DNA from: Candidatus Nomurabacteria bacterium
GTDB lineage: Bacteria > Patescibacteriota > Minisyncoccia > Phycocordibacterales > UBA918
NCBI GenBank assembly: GCA_020632135.1
Contig: JACKGC010000001.1
Span: 1 to 50,240 of the forward strand
DNA: 50,240 nucleotides
Direction of reading: 5' to 3'
Positions 45,152-50,240 of the stretch are shown one piece after another. How positions within the stretch are numbered: the first letter of the stretch is position 1; every line of letters begins with the position of its first letter. A program made the position numbers and the translations under genes. Below the pieces are notes generated by a model. The model had not been told where the DNA came from. It did not search any database and was given only the letters and a program-made list of their open reading frames with translations.

Positions 45152-45658
45152 ATGTTTCCTGGTGACATTTGCATCAATGGTGACGCTGCTCACCCGTTGG
45201 CGCTAGCGCTCGCTCATATGCACCAGCGCTCATTCCATTTCCATGGCGTTCGCTACAGCAACCTACAGACCTTTCTGCAGGCCATCACGTATCCGCGTGC
45301 CAGTGACCAAGCTGCGGTCTCCGGCCTACCAGCCAAGGAAATAAGGCGGCACTTAGCGGCAACCCACCACCTCGAACCACCTTTTAGTTTTTTACTCTTT
45401 AAAAACCAGTGGTTCAGACGGCACGGCACAGAGTACCAAGCGCTGCTGCAGCAAGCGTACGACGAACTCTTTGCTCAAGACCTCGAAGTGCGCCACCAGT
45501 TCTTACTTTGCGACCCAGCCGAAACAACCATCACGCTGCGGCCACACAAGCTTAAGCGTATACCGCTGCGAGCGAGCGAGCTGCTCGATCAGTGCACTCG
45601 CTTGCACCGACGAGCTCGCGCCGAAGCCAGCCATGGAGAACCTACCGGCACCTCATGA
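45152..45658 (+). CDS. T4 gp30.3-like (NADAR superfamily) protein, divergent
   Basis: SFHFHGVRYSNLQTFLQAI and RRHGTEYQALLQQAYDELF resemble phage 30.3 proteins. AGGAGG SD. Confidence 0.55.
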   Translation: MFPGDICINGDAAHPLALALAHMHQRSFHFHGVRYSNLQTFLQAITYPRASDQAAVSGLPAKEIRRHLAATHHLEPPFSFLLFKNQWFRRHGTEYQALLQQAYDELFAQDLEVRHQFLLCDPAETTITLRPHKLKRIPLRASELLDQCTRLHRRARAEASHGEPTGTS

Positions 45659-45754
45659 ATTCACACCCCGCTCTAGCGGGGTGTTCTTTTTCAATTTGAC
45701 AACACCATACAACACACGTACAGTGCCTAGCGGCCTTCGATCTTTGGAGCAGTA

Positions 45755-45994
45755 ATGCACGCACTTATTTCGGCATTCCCTTTTCATTTCTTGCGGTTAC
45801 TAGGAGTCAGCATACTCATTGGCGGCGTGCTACTCGGCGCTTGGCAGGTGTTGGCCGGCACCAGCGTATTCGGACAAGCAAACGATATTATCGTAAGCGT
45901 AATCTTTATCCTTGGTGGCGGACTGGTCCTCGTACTGACCAGATGCATCTCTATCGATCATCACCGCACACGCCGCAACCGCAGCCGCACATAA
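45755..45994 (+). CDS. Small two-TM membrane protein, 79 aa
   Basis: Two hydrophobic helices and a basic tail, followed by a terminator hairpin. Confidence 0.6.
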   Translation: MHALISAFPFHFLRLLGVSILIGGVLLGAWQVLAGTSVFGQANDIIVSVIFILGGGLVLVLTRCISIDHHRTRRNRSRT

Positions 45995-46027
45995 ACCCAC
46001 ACACCCCGCCTTCGGCGGGGTTTTGTT

Positions 46028-46969
46028 TTATTCATCAGTGCTAATATTCACAATTCCACTACTACCAACCTGCAAGTATCGCCCATCATCTTCACCAAGC
46101 CAGATAGTCGAACCTTCCCGCACGACGACAGAACCATTGAACACATATGCGCTTTGGGTTGGGTCATACATGTAATACGGTGTTTCTGCAGAGGGATTCA
46201 CGTGTGCACCCACGAGCTCAGCAACACGCTGCAGTGTCTCCTCCCTCTCTTCCCCGAGCAGCTCTCGATACTGCGTAGGCGCAGCTCTGAATTCTTCAGA
46301 CTCCCTATCGATCAGATATTCTTCTGGATGAGTCACACCTGGACCGCATTCATGATCAAATTGACTAATACTACTTGAAGCTATACTCGCTGCATTGCCG
46401 AGATAGTCAACACACCAGAAACTGTCTCCGTCTTGCATCCACACTTCCGCCGCCCAACTCTCCGGTGCGTCATAACACGATCCGGACGAAACATCATCAT
46501 CAGAAGCGGTGACTGCACTGTGAAACAGCATTGAGACTTGCTCATCGGCACACACTCCCACATAGCTAAATTCATTCTGATTATAGTAGATCTCACACTG
46601 ACTTCTCATGTTACCCAAGCTTTGTTTTGTGGCAGCGGAGTTTGAAACGTCACGCTCCTGCCCCACCGACATAAGCACAAACAGCAGGAGCAATATCGCA
46701 CCCAAAAATGTATAAGCGCCGATGAGCCAGGCACGTCGCAACCAGCGACCACACTGCTTCAAGTAACTGAGTACATTCAGATTTAGAATCACCACACCAG
46801 CCAAGAGTAGCAGGCCAGAGATCCAGAAACCATACGGCACAATTGAATGTGTCCACGCGAGGAATTTCAGGAATAAAAATAACGCGGCAGCTTGGAATAT
46901 GAAACTGACACAAGCCAACCCTAGGGCACTAATTAGCCTTACGATCCAATTGGAGCGCCAAGTTTCCAT
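46028..46969 (-). CDS. Three-TM membrane protein carrying a type IV pilin-like globular domain, 313 aa
   Basis: TKQSLGNMRSQCEIYY..SYVGVC..C...WAAEV...FWCVDYLG is the CPR type IV pilin head pattern. There is no GFTLIE prepilin leader. Confidence 0.65.
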   Translation of the reverse strand: METWRSNWIVRLISALGLACVSFIFQAAALFLFLKFLAWTHSIVPYGFWISGLLLLAGVVILNLNVLSYLKQCGRWLRRAWLIGAYTFLGAILLLLFVLMSVGQERDVSNSAATKQSLGNMRSQCEIYYNQNEFSYVGVCADEQVSMLFHSAVTASDDDVSSGSCYDAPESWAAEVWMQDGDSFWCVDYLGNAASIASSSISQFDHECGPGVTHPEEYLIDRESEEFRAAPTQYRELLGEEREETLQRVAELVGAHVNPSAETPYYMYDPTQSAYVFNGSVVVREGSTIWLGEDDGRYLQVGSSGIVNISTDE

Positions 46970-47043
46970 ACGTACTCATACGTGTAACATGTGCTTGTTG
47001 GGCATTTTCTCTTCACCACATTCTTTGTTACACTCTCCTCGAC

Positions 47044-47132
47044 GGAAACGTGCCAGAGTGGTCGAATGGGGCGCTCTCGAAAAGCGTTGTATCCTTTATC
47101 GGGTACCGAGGGTTCGAATCCCTCCGCTTCCG
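47044..47132 (+). tRNA. tRNA-Ser (CGA)
   Basis: GGAAACG...CGCTTCC-G acceptor with one mismatch, anticodon arm GCGCT-CTCGAAA-AGCGT, long variable arm and GAGGG-TTCGAAT-CCCTC. Confidence 0.93.
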
Positions 47133-47515
47133 CAAAGACAAAATAGCGTCCCGCAAGGGCGCATATTTTGTTTGCGGAAGCGAGCAAGCCAACTACTTGG
47201 CTTGCGTGAGGGATTCGAAGCTGCGGAGCATGTGCTGAGCTTGCGAAGCACAGCGAGCAGCCGTCCAAGAACACGAGCTGTTTTCGAGCACAGAGTGTGA
47301 GAAAAACAGCCGTGATTCTGGGACGAATCCCTCCGCCTGTTGAAAATACCGCCGTGAGGCGGTTATTTTCTTAGGCGGAAGCGGAGCAAAGTGCCCTGCG
47401 GCACTTTGCGTAGGGATAAGAAAGCCGGAGCGATGTCGCGCGGAGCGGAGCGAGCACGACACGCGAGGCGGGGTCGCGAAAAATTTTTACAGAAAATTTA
47501 TCAGTGACCGAATCC
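47115..47515 (+). mobile_element. Two stacked target-duplicating inserts downstream of tRNA-Ser
   Basis: CGAATCCCTCCGC lies at 47115-47127 and 47324-47336. A perfect 22-nt antisense of the tRNA end is split by a 25-nt hairpin (47183-47207). The second unit has a 27-nt hairpin (47385-47411) and ends GTGACC-GAATCC. Confidence 0.8.
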
Positions 47516-47658
47516 TTACAGGATCAGTACACCTTGTCGATATTTTCTTTCCCTACGTCAGAAAGTATCTGACAAGGCCTTGCGAAGGTCTCCCAGACCT
47601 TCTCACCCTCCGCTTCCGCAATAAAAAACCAAGCTGCCTAGGCAGCTTGGTGAAGTGG

Positions 47659-47985
47659 TTACCCTGACATGGCCTCGGGTTCAAAACGCGCAAGCAGGGC
47701 GCGTGCCAGCCGGCGCACCTGCTCGTCCACCGACCGGCTCTTGATAGTGAGCAATGAACGATCAAGGTCACCTTTCGGAAGTTCCATGAGTGCACTCCCG
47801 TAGAGCTCAAACGCCTCGGGCGATATATTGCCACCAGACCACTCGATGACCGTATCAAGGTCGATTGGCCGGCCCAGACGGTGGTTGTGTTTGATACGAC
47901 TGCGCACTAATTCAAAGCTGGTGTTCGTGCCATTGGGATCAGCAGCTCGCACTTTTCGCTCAATGAGCACGGTCAAGTTACGCAT
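47659..47985 (-). CDS. Hypothetical protein, 108 aa
   Basis: GGAGG SD before the ATG and a palindromic terminator AACCAAGCTGCCTAGGCAGCTTGGT after the stop. No family recognised. Confidence 0.6.
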   Translation of the reverse strand: MRNLTVLIERKVRAADPNGTNTSFELVRSRIKHNHRLGRPIDLDTVIEWSGGNISPEAFELYGSALMELPKGDLDRSLLTIKSRSVDEQVRRLARALLARFEPEAMSG

Positions 47986-48093
47986 ACCCCCTCCTCGCTC
48001 CTGAGAGCACCTTGTGTAACTATGGACAACCTCTCATGAGTCTATATGTTTGTCAAACACTTCTCTCACGCATGTCATAATGTACCCATGCCC

Positions 48094-48606
48094 ATGAGCG
48101 CAATTCTAAAGCTACTGTTTGCTCTACTGCTCGCACTTAGTGCGCTGCAGCAACTACTCCACCACCAAACTTGGTGGTTCATTCAAAATGTAAATCTCAT
48201 TTTTCACGAAGCCGGACATCTTATTTTTGGTATATTCGGCAGCTTCATTGGACTTATTGGTGGCAGCCTAATGGAGATACTCGTCCCCACCATCGCGACC
48301 ATTCATTTCTACCTGCAACGACACTACGCCAGCGCTGCCTTTGGCGTCTGGTGGCTTTCTACCGCCTGTTTGAGTGTCAGCATCTATGCCAGTGATGCAC
48401 AAGAGCGCCTACTACCCCTCCTTGGTGGCGATGCGGTACTACACGATTGGTTTCACATCCTACTACAGCTCAATCTCCTCCAGCACGATGACCTAGTTGG
48501 ATATTTCTTTTGGCTCGCTGGAATTCTATGTGTTGGACTGCTTGTGTTTTGTATCAACAAAGACACAGATGTTCGCACCCTATTCCACCGTAACACTCTT
48601 AGCTAA
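48094..48606 (+). CDS. Membrane protein with an HExxH motif (M50-like intramembrane metalloprotease family)
   Basis: NLIFHEAGHLIFG, GGSL..ILVP, HDW and multiple TM helices. Confidence 0.7.
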   Translation: MSAILKLLFALLLALSALQQLLHHQTWWFIQNVNLIFHEAGHLIFGIFGSFIGLIGGSLMEILVPTIATIHFYLQRHYASAAFGVWWLSTACLSVSIYASDAQERLLPLLGGDAVLHDWFHILLQLNLLQHDDLVGYFFWLAGILCVGLLVFCINKDTDVRTLFHRNTLS

Positions 48607-50240
48607 ATTGCGCGGACGGTCGACGTTAAGCCCCTTTTCTACACCAATGTAGTACGCCAAAAGTTGCAGCGGAATGGTAGTGACGATCGGCTGCAGGATC
48701 GGGTGCATTTTCGGAATAAAGAGCACATCATCAGCAACGGCCTTGATATGCATATCACCCTCTGTCGCAATGGCAAGTACTGGTGCTTTACGCGCTCGCA
48801 CCTCTTCGATATTGGACACCATCTTCTCATACACATCATCTTTGGGAACCAACGCAATAACTGGAAATTGCTCATCGAGCATCGCGATCGAGCCATGCTT
48901 GAGTTCACCGCCCGCGTACGCTTCGGCGTGAGTGTACGTGACTTCTTTGAGTTTGAGCGAGCCTTCGTACGCGATCGGGGTATGGAACTTCCGCCCGATA
49001 AACATCGCATCTCGATATGCTGCATATTTTTTAGCGACAGTCGCGATATTGTCGGTGTTTTTGAGATATTGCTCCAGAACACCCGGCAAAGCGGCAAGTT
49101 CAGCTGCTATCCGCTTCCCCTCTTCAGCCGAAAGTCCTTTCTCGCGGCCGATGAGTAGTGTCAAAAGGACAAAGACAGTTAGTTGAGAAATGAAGGCTTT
49201 GGTCGAGGCCACCGCGACTTCGGGGCCGGCGTGGTTGTACACGCCAGCATCGGTCTCGCGGGCAATGGTCGAGCCCACCACGTTCACCACTCCAAGAGTC
49301 AGGAGCCCCAGCGACTTCGCCTCCCGGACCGATGCCAGCGTGTCGGCAGTCTCACCCGACTGAGTCACAGCAATGACCGCGCTGTTTTTATCCGGCAGAT
49401 TGCGTTTGTAGCGATACTCACTCCCCAACTCCACCTCAGTCGGCAAGCCAGCGTATTCCTCAAACATATACCGACCCACCTGCCCCGCGTAGTACGCCGA
49501 GCCACAGCCGACAATGGTCAGGCGATCAAGGTCAACCAGTGTATCAAGGACCCGCTCGACCCCCCCAAGCTTCGCTCGACCTTTCTCCGGCATCAGCCGA
49601 CCGCGGATAGTGTTCTCGATCACACTCGGCGCTTCAAATATCTCTTTCAGCATGAAGTGCTCATAGCCTTGCTTTTGGACCGACTCCACATCCCACTCGA
49701 CCGTTTCGGGTGATTTGTTGAGCTTCTTGCCACTGATCGTCATGACTTCGTAACTATCTTTAGTGACCACAGCACACTCTCCATCTTCGAGGTAGATCAC
49801 ATCCTTGGTGTGGGCCAACAACGCCGACGGGTCAGAGGAGATCAAGTTGCCATCCGCAGCAATTCCGATGACGATCGGACTACCCATGCGTGCCGTAACG
49901 ATCTCACCTGGTCGGCGCTCGCTCATCGCCACCAAACCGTACGTACCACGCACAAATGAAAGTGCCTCGCGCACTGCAGCTAGAAGATCGCCCCGATACA
50001 CCGAACCAATGAGTTTCGCCAACACCTCGGTGTCAGTATCTGAGGTGCAGGTAATGCCTTGCATAATAAGCCCTTCTTTCAGCTCACGGTAGTTCTCAAT
50101 GATGCCATTGTGCACAATAGCGACCGTGCCAGACATATCGAGATGGGGATGAGCATTAAGTTCTGTGGGTGCGCCGTGGGTCGCCCAGCGAGTGTGCGCA
50201 ATGCCAGCTGAGCCCGGCAGTGGTGCAGTGAGCTTGGCGG
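48580..50240 (-). CDS. glmS: Glutamine--fructose-6-phosphate transaminase (5' end outside the window)
   Basis: AHTRWATHG, HNGIIEN, TQSGET, EVAVASTKAF, GELKHG and VDRPRNLAKSVTVE. Confidence 0.97.
   Translation of the reverse strand, partial: AKLTAPLPGSAGIAHTRWATHGAPTELNAHPHLDMSGTVAIVHNGIIENYRELKEGLIMQGITCTSDTDTEVLAKLIGSVYRGDLLAAVREALSFVRGTYGLVAMSERRPGEIVTARMGSPIVIGIAADGNLISSDPSALLAHTKDVIYLEDGECAVVTKDSYEVMTISGKKLNKSPETVEWDVESVQKQGYEHFMLKEIFEAPSVIENTIRGRLMPEKGRAKLGGVERVLDTLVDLDRLTIVGCGSAYYAGQVGRYMFEEYAGLPTEVELGSEYRYKRNLPDKNSAVIAVTQSGETADTLASVREAKSLGLLTLGVVNVVGSTIARETDAGVYNHAGPEVAVASTKAFISQLTVFVLLTLLIGREKGLSAEEGKRIAAELAALPGVLEQYLKNTDNIATVAKKYAAYRDAMFIGRKFHTPIAYEGSLKLKEVTYTHAEAYAGGELKHGSIAMLDEQFPVIALVPKDDVYEKMVSNIEEVRARKAPVLAIATEGDMHIKAVADDVLFIPKMHPILQPIVTTIPLQLLAYYIGVEKGLNVDRPRNLAKSVTVE

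Overview
Chromosomal segment of a Patescibacteria/CPR bacterium, most likely Parcubacteria (Kaiserbacteria-like). This is inferred from the arrays of TrbC/VirB2-like pilins, the short IF-2, the lepB-hisS-like-rpsU-ybeY-ftsA-ftsZ synteny and core genes without Shine-Dalgarno sites. TGA acts as a stop, so the code is standard 11. The housekeeping backbone has clpB, a cysteine desulfurase, infB, rbfA, trhO, gyrA, rpsA, pth, lepB, rpsU, ybeY, ftsA, ftsZ, a trxB-like gene and a partial glmS. Seven tRNA genes are present: Tyr-GTA, Leu-TAA, Cys-GCA, Lys-CTT, Leu-TAG, Glu-TTC and Ser-CGA. There are two pilin loci. An AT-rich integrated element at tRNA-Glu encodes a large serine recombinase, a two-tyrosine HUH rolling-circle Rep and an Hpy99I-like restriction-modification pair, and is followed by an accessory region. 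The most striking unexplained signal is a family of about ten non-coding 150-220 bp inserts at tRNA ends and at the ftsZ 3' end. Most duplicate their target on both sides. Nearly all carry an antisense copy of their own target, usually split by a roughly 25-nt hairpin that shows compensatory base changes, and they end in one of three covarying structured cores. I do not recognise this as a named element family. All family assignments come from motif recognition by eye; no database searches were run.
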